From IMG/VR virus record IMGVR_UViG_3300017649_000010, positions 1 through 39,187 of that record: 39,187 bases of DNA; one strand, given 5' to 3'. This document shows, piece by piece, positions 17,263 to 25,211 of this stretch. Below the pieces are notes generated by a model. The model had not been told where the DNA came from, did no database searches, and saw only the letters and a list, made by a program, of their open reading frames with translations. The stretch comes from a virus (taxonomy: Duplodnaviria > Caudoviricetes). The translations under genes were made by a program, and so were the position numbers. Numbering within the stretch: position 1 is the first letter of the stretch; the number at the start of each line of letters is the position of its first letter.

Positions 17263-18011
17263 TGCCGTTTCCGGGTCTCACGATCTACCCCGGCCCGCAG
17301 CTCTTCCCCTCGGATCAAGCGCTTCCGGGTGGAGGGGACCAGCCGGGAACGCCGCCCGACGCGCCAGACCTCGTGATTCCTGCGTTCCGCAACTATCAGG
17401 AGTTGCGGGACGCGATTGCGAACTGGCTGAATCGCTCGGACCTGAGCGATTACATACCGCTGTTCATCGCGCTCGCCGAGGCGAAGATACGGCGCAAGCT
17501 GCGGCGGACGACATTCAGGTCGACGATCTATCTCGTCGGCGACACGGTGGCTCTCCCCGCCGACGTCGCCGAGCTGCGCTCCATCGGCGTGCTGCCGACT
17601 CTCTCGACCAACGGCTACCAGCCGGTCGACATTCTCACCCCGGCCGAGTACGTCGAGAAGCGCGCGAAGCTCTGGCACGACCGCTCCCGGCCGCGCTACG
17701 CCTGCATCTTCGGCGGCGAGATTCACTTCACGCCGATCCCGCGCGATCCGTGCGCGATTGAGATCGTGTACTTCACGGTCCTCCCACCGCTGAGCGAGAG
17801 CGCGCCGACCAACAGGGTGCTCACCGAAGCGCCCGACCTCTACCTCTACGGTGCCCTGCTCGAAGCCGAGCCGTTCTTGGAGCACGACGAGCGCGCGCCG
17901 CTCTGGGAGCGCCGCTTTGAGGCCGCCATCGCCGAGCTCAATTCGGCGAGAGAGCAGGAAGAGTACAACGCCTCGCTTCGACCTGTGAGGCTCCCTGTGG
18001 TGTTTGGCTGA
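17262..18011 (+). CDS. Head-tail adaptor protein with Pro-rich N-terminal extension
   Basis: 'NYQELRDAIANWLNRSDL...IPLFIALAEAKIRRKLR' and 'PDLYLYGALLEAEPFL' motifs. Confidence 0.82.
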   Translation: MPFPGLTIYPGPQLFPSDQALPGGGDQPGTPPDAPDLVIPAFRNYQELRDAIANWLNRSDLSDYIPLFIALAEAKIRRKLRRTTFRSTIYLVGDTVALPADVAELRSIGVLPTLSTNGYQPVDILTPAEYVEKRAKLWHDRSRPRYACIFGGEIHFTPIPRDPCAIEIVYFTVLPPLSESAPTNRVLTEAPDLYLYGALLEAEPFLEHDERAPLWERRFEAAIAELNSAREQEEYNASLRPVRLPVVFG

Positions 18012-18517
18012 TGCCGAATACGGAAAACTTCAACTGGACGCTGCCGACTCCCGGTGGTGATCTCGGGCAGTGGGACGAGATACTCAACGCCGCTTTCGAG
18101 GCGGCTGACGCGTCGCTCAAGGCAGTAAAGGACACCGCGGAGGCCGCACTGCCGAAGAGCGGCGGCACGCTTACCGGTGCGCTGCACACGAAGACCGAGA
18201 GCACGACTCTCGTGCAGCAGTCGAACGCCTCGGGCACCGTCACGCTGAACCTCGCAGCCGCGAACGTCTTCGTTCTCACGCTGACCGGTAACGTCACGTC
18301 GCTCGTGCTGACGAACGTACCGGCTTCGCCGAAGTTCACCGTGCTCCTCTTGGAGATCATCAACAGTGGCGGCAAGCGGATCACTTGGCCGTCCTCGTTC
18401 AAGTTCCCCGGCGGCGCCGCGCCGTCGCTGACAGCGACCGGCACGGACGTCTTTGCGTTCTACACGCGTGACGGCGGCAGCAACTGGCTGTTCGTCGGCG
18501 CGCAGCAGGGACTCTGA
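18011..18517 (+). CDS. Short tail-fibre protein
   Basis: N-terminal 'TENFNWTLP..G....WDEILN'; 'LPKSGGTLTG' fibre repeat; C-terminal 'ITWPSSFKFPGGAAPSLT...DVFAFYT.DGG..W'. Confidence 0.75.
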   Translation: MPNTENFNWTLPTPGGDLGQWDEILNAAFEAADASLKAVKDTAEAALPKSGGTLTGALHTKTESTTLVQQSNASGTVTLNLAAANVFVLTLTGNVTSLVLTNVPASPKFTVLLLEIINSGGKRITWPSSFKFPGGAAPSLTATGTDVFAFYTRDGGSNWLFVGAQQGL

Positions 18518-18519
18518 TA

Positions 18520-18954
18520 ATGCTGCAGCGCCTCCTGCCGTTCATCGGCACGGCGGTGCCGCTTCCGCCCGGCGGCGTGCCGCTACTCACCGCCGTGAAT
18601 GTGGGTCAGGCAAACGCCGGTCGCTGCCTCGGCGGCATCGGTGGCGACACCGAGACGGATGCGTCGCTCCGCGTCGCGTGGACCGTAACGAGCCCCTACG
18701 ACGGGCAGTTCTGGAACGTCGAGGTAAGCGGGTTCGGTGCCACGCAGACGGTGCCGATCAGCAACGGATCAGTGATAGTGCCGCTCTACGGGTGGGTCGA
18801 GAGCGGACCTGAGAACAGACAGTCGCTCAACATCGTGTTCACGGTGAAGGTGATCGCCAAGAACAGCGGGCGAGTCGTGTCGACGATGAATAGCGCCACA
18901 TGGACGAAAGTATACGGGAAGTGCTCGGGGGGCGGGCCGGGAGACCCGGTATGA
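18520..18954 (+). CDS. Hypothetical beta-rich tail-associated protein
   Basis: Tightly packed after the fibre gene. Confidence 0.55.
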   Translation: MLQRLLPFIGTAVPLPPGGVPLLTAVNVGQANAGRCLGGIGGDTETDASLRVAWTVTSPYDGQFWNVEVSGFGATQTVPISNGSVIVPLYGWVESGPENRQSLNIVFTVKVIAKNSGRVVSTMNSATWTKVYGKCSGGGPGDPV

Positions 18955-19175
18955 GTGAGTTCATTCTCGGCCAGCACGAGAACGCCATACGCACGCTGCT
19001 GGAGCGCACTGAGCGCATCAGCGACGACGTGAATGAAATCAAGACGCTGCTCGCCGAGCGCCGAGGCGAGCGACGTGTAGCGCTGTGGGTGGCCGGTGTT
19101 GTCGGCGCCGTGGCGAGCACGTTGTTCGGTGCGGCACTCAAGCTCGTCACCGGCGTCCTACGGCTTGGGGGCTGA
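18951..19175 (+). CDS. Small coiled-coil plus TM protein (holin-like candidate)
   Basis: ATG at 18951 overlaps the upstream stop; coiled coil then a C-terminal TM. Confidence 0.55.
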   Translation: MSEFILGQHENAIRTLLERTERISDDVNEIKTLLAERRGERRVALWVAGVVGAVASTLFGAALKLVTGVLRLGG

Positions 19176-20716
19176 TGGATAGCAAGCTGATACCGCTGGA
19201 GATTCCGCCGGGGATGTATCGTGCGGGGACTCCCTATCAGTCGCGGCACCGCTGGTACGACGGAAGCCTCGTGCGCTTCGCGGGTGGCGAGATTCGTCCG
19301 GTTGGTGGTTGGGAGCGCGTCGTCGCATCTGACAACACGCCGCTCCCTGCGCTGACAGGTGTGCCCCGCACCGCGCTAGTCTGGGCACCCGACGCAGGCG
19401 CGCCGATCATAGCGGTGGGCACGACGCAGAAGCTCTACGTGGTGCAGGGCGGCGAGCTCGCCGACATCACACCCGCTGGCTTCACTACCGGACGCGACGA
19501 CGGTGTGTCGGAGGGGGGCGTCGGCACGTACGGTAATGGGCTCTACGGTGCCGGGCGCTACGGCGAGGGCGCGCAGCTTGGTACGCTGCTTCCTCCGGGT
19601 ACGTGGCAGCTCGATTCGTTCGGTACCGATTTGTTCGGCATCTCGACCAGCGACAACAAGCTCTATCGCTGGGGTGGCGACAAGGAGGAGGCGGCCGAAG
19701 CGGTCGAGGGCGCGCCGAAGGGTGCGGCCGTCGTGGTAACGCCCGAGCGCTTCGTCGTCGTTCTCGGCGCAGAGAGTCAGGACACCGAAGTGTTCGGGAT
19801 GCAGGCGCGTCTCGTCCGCTGGGCGTCGCAGGAAGGCTACACGGATTGGACGACGTCGGACGTCAACACCGCAGGTGAGTTCCCGCTCTCCACTGCAGGG
19901 CGCTTGGTGTGCGGTCGCCGCACTCGCGGTGAGACGCTGCTGTTCACCGACGCGGACCTCTGGGCGATGCAGTACATCGGAGGCGTGTTCGTGTACCGCT
20001 TCGTGCAGGTGGGCGACCAGTGCGGTATCGTCTCGCCGAACGCGGTGGGCATAGTCGACTCGCGTGCGTTCTGGATGGGACACCGCGCGTTCTTCGTCTA
20101 CGACGGCTACACGCAGCCGCTGGAGTGCCCGGTTGCGCCGATTGTCTTCGACGACATCAACCCCGCCAACGTGGCGAAGGTGTGGGCGCTGCCGATTGCG
20201 GAGCACGGCGAGGTGTGGTGGTTCTACCCGAGCCGCGCGAGCAACGAGATCGACCGCTACGTCGCGTACAACTATCGCGAAGGGCACTGGTCCTTCGGGC
20301 GGCTCGCGCGCACCGCTGGCGCGCCAACCGGCGCTCTCCCGCTGCCGCTCATGCTCGATCCGAACGGCGTGATGTGGGAGCACGAGAAGAGCACAATGAA
20401 TCACGACGGTGCTGTGCCGTATCTGGAGAGCGGCCCGCTGGAGGCGGGTGACGGCGACAACATCCTCAAGGTGCAGCAGATAGTACCCGACGAGCGCACC
20501 AGCGGCGACGTGAAGACGACGATCTACACCGCGATGTCGCCGATGGACTCAGAGAAGGCGCACGGCCCCTTCCCCGCCACGCCGGACAAGGCGGCGAAGG
20601 TGTACGACGTGCGGCTGACCGGTCGGCAGATACGACTGCGCATCGAAGAGGCACGCAACGCGGATTGGCGGATCGGTCGCTTCCGCCTCGGTGTAAGGCT
20701 CGGAGGTAGACGATGA
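19175..20716 (+). CDS. Tail hub/nozzle (P22 gp10-like DNA stabilisation protein)
   Basis: ~510-aa beta-propeller-like protein; 'VRWASQE...W', 'EVWWFYPS...EIDRYVAYNY' and 'VRLTGRQIRLRIE' motifs. Confidence 0.8.
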   Translation: MDSKLIPLEIPPGMYRAGTPYQSRHRWYDGSLVRFAGGEIRPVGGWERVVASDNTPLPALTGVPRTALVWAPDAGAPIIAVGTTQKLYVVQGGELADITPAGFTTGRDDGVSEGGVGTYGNGLYGAGRYGEGAQLGTLLPPGTWQLDSFGTDLFGISTSDNKLYRWGGDKEEAAEAVEGAPKGAAVVVTPERFVVVLGAESQDTEVFGMQARLVRWASQEGYTDWTTSDVNTAGEFPLSTAGRLVCGRRTRGETLLFTDADLWAMQYIGGVFVYRFVQVGDQCGIVSPNAVGIVDSRAFWMGHRAFFVYDGYTQPLECPVAPIVFDDINPANVAKVWALPIAEHGEVWWFYPSRASNEIDRYVAYNYREGHWSFGRLARTAGAPTGALPLPLMLDPNGVMWEHEKSTMNHDGAVPYLESGPLEAGDGDNILKVQQIVPDERTSGDVKTTIYTAMSPMDSEKAHGPFPATPDKAAKVYDVRLTGRQIRLRIEEARNADWRIGRFRLGVRLGGRR

Positions 20717-20874
20717 GCGTGAGGCTGCCTACAGCGCCACAGCGCTATGACATGAGGGAGCAGGCCGAGCTCCGACGCATACTCGAAGCTGCACTCGCGC
20801 GGCTTGAGTCGCAGGTGCAGAACCTGGAGCGCATGCTTCGTGAGCTCGCCGCGTCGGAGTCGGGTGGAGAGTGA
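20713..20874 (+). CDS. 53-aa coiled-coil protein (needle/plug position; not in ORF track)
   Basis: MSVRLPTAPQRYDMREQAELRRILEAALARLESQVQNLERMLRELAASESGGE; GGAGG RBS; overlaps both neighbours. Confidence 0.7.
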   Translation: MSVRLPTAPQRYDMREQAELRRILEAALARLESQVQNLERMLRELAASESGGE

Positions 20875-21248
20875 TGGATTCGGAAGTGAGTATCGAGAAG
20901 TACCGGCGCCAAATCGAGGCCGCGCTGGAGTACGCAGGCGGGACACACACATTCGAGGATGTGGCAGAGGCGGTGGCTGACGGTCGCATGCAGTTCTGGC
21001 CGGGCAAGGAGAGCGTAATCATCACCGAAATCGCCACGTATCCGCAGCGGCCGAAGGTGCTGCACTTCTTCCTCGCCGGTGGAAGCATGCAGGAGATGGA
21101 AGCGATGGAGCCGGTCATCTGCGAGTGGGGCCGAAGCATAGGCTGCACGCACGCGGAGTTCACCGGCCGACGCGGTTGGGAGCGCACCTTCCTCGCGCGT
21201 CACAGATGGAAGAACAGCGGTCTCGTTGTTCTATCGAGGGAACTGTAG
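20874..21248 (+). CDS. GNAT-like virion assembly protein
   Basis: 'LHFFLAGG...WGRSIGCTHAEFTGRRGWER'; usual position before ejection proteins. Confidence 0.7.
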   Translation: MDSEVSIEKYRRQIEAALEYAGGTHTFEDVAEAVADGRMQFWPGKESVIITEIATYPQRPKVLHFFLAGGSMQEMEAMEPVICEWGRSIGCTHAEFTGRRGWERTFLARHRWKNSGLVVLSREL

Positions 21249-22051
21249 TGGGGAAGTCCAGTAAGCAGACGCAGACCGTTCGTCTCGATCCGACGATGGA
21301 ACGGTTCCGCAATCAGGTGATGGATGCCGCGAACGTCGCCGCCAATGCCCGACTGCCCGGCATGAGCGAGTACACGCGTCAGGCGATAGGCGGCTATCAG
21401 GGCGCGCTCGGTCTCGGCAACAAGGCGCTCGCTGCGCTCGGCGGTGACGCGGGCGCGTTCGACAGCTTCTACAACCCGTACCAGACCGCCGTGGTCGACC
21501 GGATGATGGACAACTTCGGTCGCATGGCCGCGCAGACCAGTAATGCTGTGAACGACCAAGCGACGAAGGCTGGGTCGTTCGGCGGCACGCGTCATGGCGT
21601 CGCCGAAGGTATCGCGCTTGGTCAGCTCAACACCGACCGGGCGAACCAGTTGGCCGCACTCGAATATCAGGGCTTCAACGACGCGCAGGCTCGCGCGCTC
21701 AACGCCGCGAACCTCGGGCTCGGCGCGGCTGGCGCACTGAGTCAGCTCGGTGACTACGCACGCCAGATCGCGATCTCGCAAGACCCCGCGTTGCACAGGC
21801 TCGCAACGCTACAGGGCGCGCTGGCTGCGATGCCGTACGGCACGACGCAGACGCAGAAGTCGAGCGGAAGCATCGTGAACGGACTGCTCGGTGGTGTCGC
21901 CACACTCGGTGGGCTCGGACTACTCGGCCCGATAGGTGGCGCCGTTGGTGGCGCCGTAGGTGGCTTGTTCGGCGGTGGCGGGCCGAGCGCCAGCGCGATG
22001 TATAACTTCGGCCAGTTCCTCGGACGCGGGCCGACTATGGTGGGGATTTAA
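21248..22051 (+). CDS. Internal virion/ejection protein 1
   Basis: 'MGKSSKQTQT', 'FYNPYQTAVV', 'AGSFGGTRHGVAE'; Gly-rich hydrophobic C-terminus. Confidence 0.75.
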   Translation: MGKSSKQTQTVRLDPTMERFRNQVMDAANVAANARLPGMSEYTRQAIGGYQGALGLGNKALAALGGDAGAFDSFYNPYQTAVVDRMMDNFGRMAAQTSNAVNDQATKAGSFGGTRHGVAEGIALGQLNTDRANQLAALEYQGFNDAQARALNAANLGLGAAGALSQLGDYARQIAISQDPALHRLATLQGALAAMPYGTTQTQKSSGSIVNGLLGGVATLGGLGLLGPIGGAVGGAVGGLFGGGGPSASAMYNFGQFLGRGPTMVGI

Positions 22052-22053
22052 CA

Positions 22054-23187
22054 GTGCCCGGACTGCTCGAAAGACTCTACCCGACGCCGGGAGCGCTGCG
22101 CGGCTTGCTCTCGCCAGAGGACGAGCAGCAGGCGCGTCGTCAGGCGCTACTCAGGAGCGGCTTCTCGCTGCTCGCCGATAGCGGCCCGAGTGGTGGGATG
22201 AACGCGCCGAAGCCGCTGCAGGCAATCGGCCGCGCTTTCGGTCTCGGTCAGGACTACTACAACAATGAAATCGCGCAGCGTGCAGCGTTGAACATGGAGC
22301 TGCAGCAGACCGAGCTCGCACGCCGCCAGCAGGAGCTGCAGAAGGCCGCGCGTGAAGCTGCGCTCTCGGGGCTCGGTGGTGTTGAGGGGCCGAAGGCGGT
22401 CGAGGCGCTGCGCGCGAGTGCGGCGCGGCTCGCGGCCACCGGCGACATCGAGGGGGCGAAGAAGCTCGCCGACATGATCCCGCAGTACATCGACGACCCG
22501 ACGAAGATACCGGCGGGCAAGGCAGTCGATCTCGGCGGTAAGGTGGCGTTCGTCGACCCGCAGGGCAACGTGCTGCAGATGTTCGACAAGACGCCCGAGC
22601 CGCTCTCGCCGAGCGCAGTCATAGGTCAGGCGCTGGCGCAGTCGCAGCAGCAGTTCCAGCGCGCCAACGCGCTGCGGTCGGACTTCATCATGGAGGCGCG
22701 GCCGTTCGCGCAGGTGGCGAACGCGCTTGGAAACTTCATGCAGTCGAAGGACGCCGCACTCGCTGGCGACCCGGCGGCGCAGATGAGCGTGATCTTCGCG
22801 TACATGAAGATGCTCGATCCCGGCAGCACGGTGAGAGAGGGCGAGTATGCGACTGCGGAGAACACGACCGGTGTGCCGGGCTGGCTGATGAACCTCTACA
22901 ACAAGGTGGTAGACGGTTCGTTCCTCACGGCGCAGCAGGTGCGCTACTTCACCGGGCAGGTCGAGGCGCAGCGTAAGGGGTGGGCCGACCGGTTCCAGAA
23001 CCTCGCCGAGACCTACCGCGAGCGCTCGCTGCGCGGCGGCGTGAACCCGGAGGACGTAGTAGTTGACTACTTCGCCCGCGTGCCGAGCGTGAGCAACCCC
23101 GCGCAGCAGGTAGATGCGACCACGCTGAACCGCATGCCGTGGCTCGCTAACCCCAACAAGAGTTGGATGCAGTTCTACAAACCATAA
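22054..23187 (+). CDS. Internal virion/ejection protein 2
   Basis: Helical; 'IFAYMKMLDPGSTVREGEY' motif; position in the operon. Confidence 0.7.
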   Translation: MPGLLERLYPTPGALRGLLSPEDEQQARRQALLRSGFSLLADSGPSGGMNAPKPLQAIGRAFGLGQDYYNNEIAQRAALNMELQQTELARRQQELQKAAREAALSGLGGVEGPKAVEALRASAARLAATGDIEGAKKLADMIPQYIDDPTKIPAGKAVDLGGKVAFVDPQGNVLQMFDKTPEPLSPSAVIGQALAQSQQQFQRANALRSDFIMEARPFAQVANALGNFMQSKDAALAGDPAAQMSVIFAYMKMLDPGSTVREGEYATAENTTGVPGWLMNLYNKVVDGSFLTAQQVRYFTGQVEAQRKGWADRFQNLAETYRERSLRGGVNPEDVVVDYFARVPSVSNPAQQVDATTLNRMPWLANPNKSWMQFYKP

Positions 23188-25178
23188 TGGCTACTCCCGA
23201 TCCGATTCTGATGCGCGCGGTGCGCAAGATGGTCGAGACTCAGGCTCGTGCAACGAAGGCGGGTGTGAGTCTCGGCCCGGCCGCGCTCGACGATATGGTG
23301 CGCACGCTTACCGAGGGTAAGTACAACCTCGACGACGCGCGCCGCCTCATCGCCGGTTTCGACACTTCGATCAACGCCTCGAATCTCATCCGCAGCGCGG
23401 CGCAGGGTCTCTCGTTCGGCTTCGCCGACGAGGCTGCGTCGCTCTTCGGCGGTGATGAGGAGAAGGAGCGTATACGTCTCGCCAACACGCTCTTCAAGCA
23501 GGCACACCCGAAGGCTGACATCGCAGCACAGTTGGTCGGAGGGCTCGGCGCCGGTGGTGCGGTCGCGCGTTACCTCCCGGCGTTGAAGAACATGTCGCGT
23601 CTGGGCAAGCTCGCCACCGGTGCCGCGACGGGCGCAGGCGCCGCTTCGCTGCAGGCAGCGGGCGAGGCGGACGAGGGTCACCGAGGCGAAGCCGCCGCCA
23701 ACGTGGCGATACCCGGCGCGCTGGTGGGCGTGGGGGCCACGGCGGTCGCTGGCGGGCTGGGCACCATCGGTAAGTACATCGGTGAAGCGCTGAGCCCCGC
23801 GCGCCGCGCTGAGGAGCGTCTGGTCGATGCTGCGATAGCGGCGGGGAAAAAGGCACCGGGGCTGCCCGGCACCCCACTGCAGCGTGGCGTGCAGTTCCTG
23901 CGCAATCAGTATACGCGTGCTGCTACGGCCGGGCGCGGTGACGACGTCATGCTCGCCGATCTCTCGCCGAAGATGCGCAGTGTGCTCGACTTCGCGGCCA
24001 ACGCGAACGATGACGTAGCGACCGATGTGGCCGAGCGCGTGTACGGGCGCATGCACGACGCGTCCGACCGTCTGCTCGGTGACGTTCGCCTCTTGGCCGG
24101 TGACGATCACGCGCCGACGCGGCTCGCCGAGCTGGTCGAGATGCGCCGCACGTTCGCGAACAGCCCCGAGGGCTACGCTGGTCTGCGCGCTCGCAACCCG
24201 GTGCTCCGCAGTAGCACCGTGGCGAGCGGCAACGCCGAGGTTGCGCTGACGCAGAACGCAGAGCCGCTGGCCGAGATTCTCAATCGTCCGGTGGTGAAGC
24301 AGGCGATCAGGAAGGCACGCAAGACAGGCATGATCGGCAACATGAAGGAGGGGCCTGAGCTCAGCTTCTCGCACCTGCAGGACGTAAAGGAAGCGCTGGA
24401 CGACGCGGTCGAGTCGGCGTTCGCGAACAAGAAGGGCAATCTCGGGACGCGGCTCAAGGAGGCGCGTGACGCCCTCGTCGAGCAACTTGAAACCCGAGTT
24501 CCCGACTACCCGCGTGTCGCTGCGAAGTACCGCGAGATGAAGGGCCTCGAAGCGGCGCTGCAGCAGGGCGTCGAGGCGTACCGCATGCACGACTCGCGCG
24601 GCTTGAAGCAGCTCCTCGCGACGTTCACGCCGCAGCAGCTCCGTGAGTTCCGGCGCGGGATGATCTCCGCGCTCATCGAAGACCTGCGTGCAATGCAGAC
24701 GAACCGCGACGCAGCGGCGCGTCTCGTCAATGCGTCGCAGTCACTGCAGGACAAGCTCAAGATCGTTTTCGGCGACGAGAATGTGTTCCGTGAGTTTATG
24801 CGTCGCGTCCAGTGGGAGAAGGCGATGGCTGATACACGCAGCGCTGTCGGCAACAGTGCGACGGCGCGACGCCTCGCCGAGTATGCGAACCAGAGCGACG
24901 TGCTCGGGCCGGTGGTGGACAACATCGTCGGCGGCAACCCGACAGGAGTGGTGACAGGTGCGCTGCGCTCGCTGTTTCGCGACAAGCTCTCGTATGGCCG
25001 TGGGCGGCTCGCCACGAAGACAGCGCGCGAGCTCGCGCCGAAGATCATGGCGCAGGGCGAAGACATCGAACGTGTGCTCGCGGAGCTCGCGGAGCGTTCC
25101 GCGAGGAAGAGCCGCGCAACACGCGCCGGTTACGTCGCAACCATTCCTCTCGCTGGTCTACTGACGTCGGGCCAGTAA
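23187..25178 (+). CDS. Internal virion/ejection protein 3
   Basis: 'AQGLSFGFADE', Gly/Ala hydrophobic segments and 'GNSATARR'. Confidence 0.7.
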   Translation: MATPDPILMRAVRKMVETQARATKAGVSLGPAALDDMVRTLTEGKYNLDDARRLIAGFDTSINASNLIRSAAQGLSFGFADEAASLFGGDEEKERIRLANTLFKQAHPKADIAAQLVGGLGAGGAVARYLPALKNMSRLGKLATGAATGAGAASLQAAGEADEGHRGEAAANVAIPGALVGVGATAVAGGLGTIGKYIGEALSPARRAEERLVDAAIAAGKKAPGLPGTPLQRGVQFLRNQYTRAATAGRGDDVMLADLSPKMRSVLDFAANANDDVATDVAERVYGRMHDASDRLLGDVRLLAGDDHAPTRLAELVEMRRTFANSPEGYAGLRARNPVLRSSTVASGNAEVALTQNAEPLAEILNRPVVKQAIRKARKTGMIGNMKEGPELSFSHLQDVKEALDDAVESAFANKKGNLGTRLKEARDALVEQLETRVPDYPRVAAKYREMKGLEAALQQGVEAYRMHDSRGLKQLLATFTPQQLREFRRGMISALIEDLRAMQTNRDAAARLVNASQSLQDKLKIVFGDENVFREFMRRVQWEKAMADTRSAVGNSATARRLAEYANQSDVLGPVVDNIVGGNPTGVVTGALRSLFRDKLSYGRGRLATKTARELAPKIMAQGEDIERVLAELAERSARKSRATRAGYVATIPLAGLLTSGQ

Positions 25179-25211
25179 CATCGCTTCAAGCAGTACCCCG
25201 AGTAGCAATGC

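Noticed and set aside
10659-18954. Diversity-generating retroelement or invertible fibre switch
   Set aside because: No reverse transcriptase, invertase or TR/VR-like repeat pair seen in the window.
6427-24590. Long minus-strand ORFs (e.g. 6427..7848, 8074..9684, 12257..14191, 14715..16844, 23175..24590)
   Set aside because: Antisense shadows of recognisable plus-strand genes, expected in high-GC DNA; no motifs.
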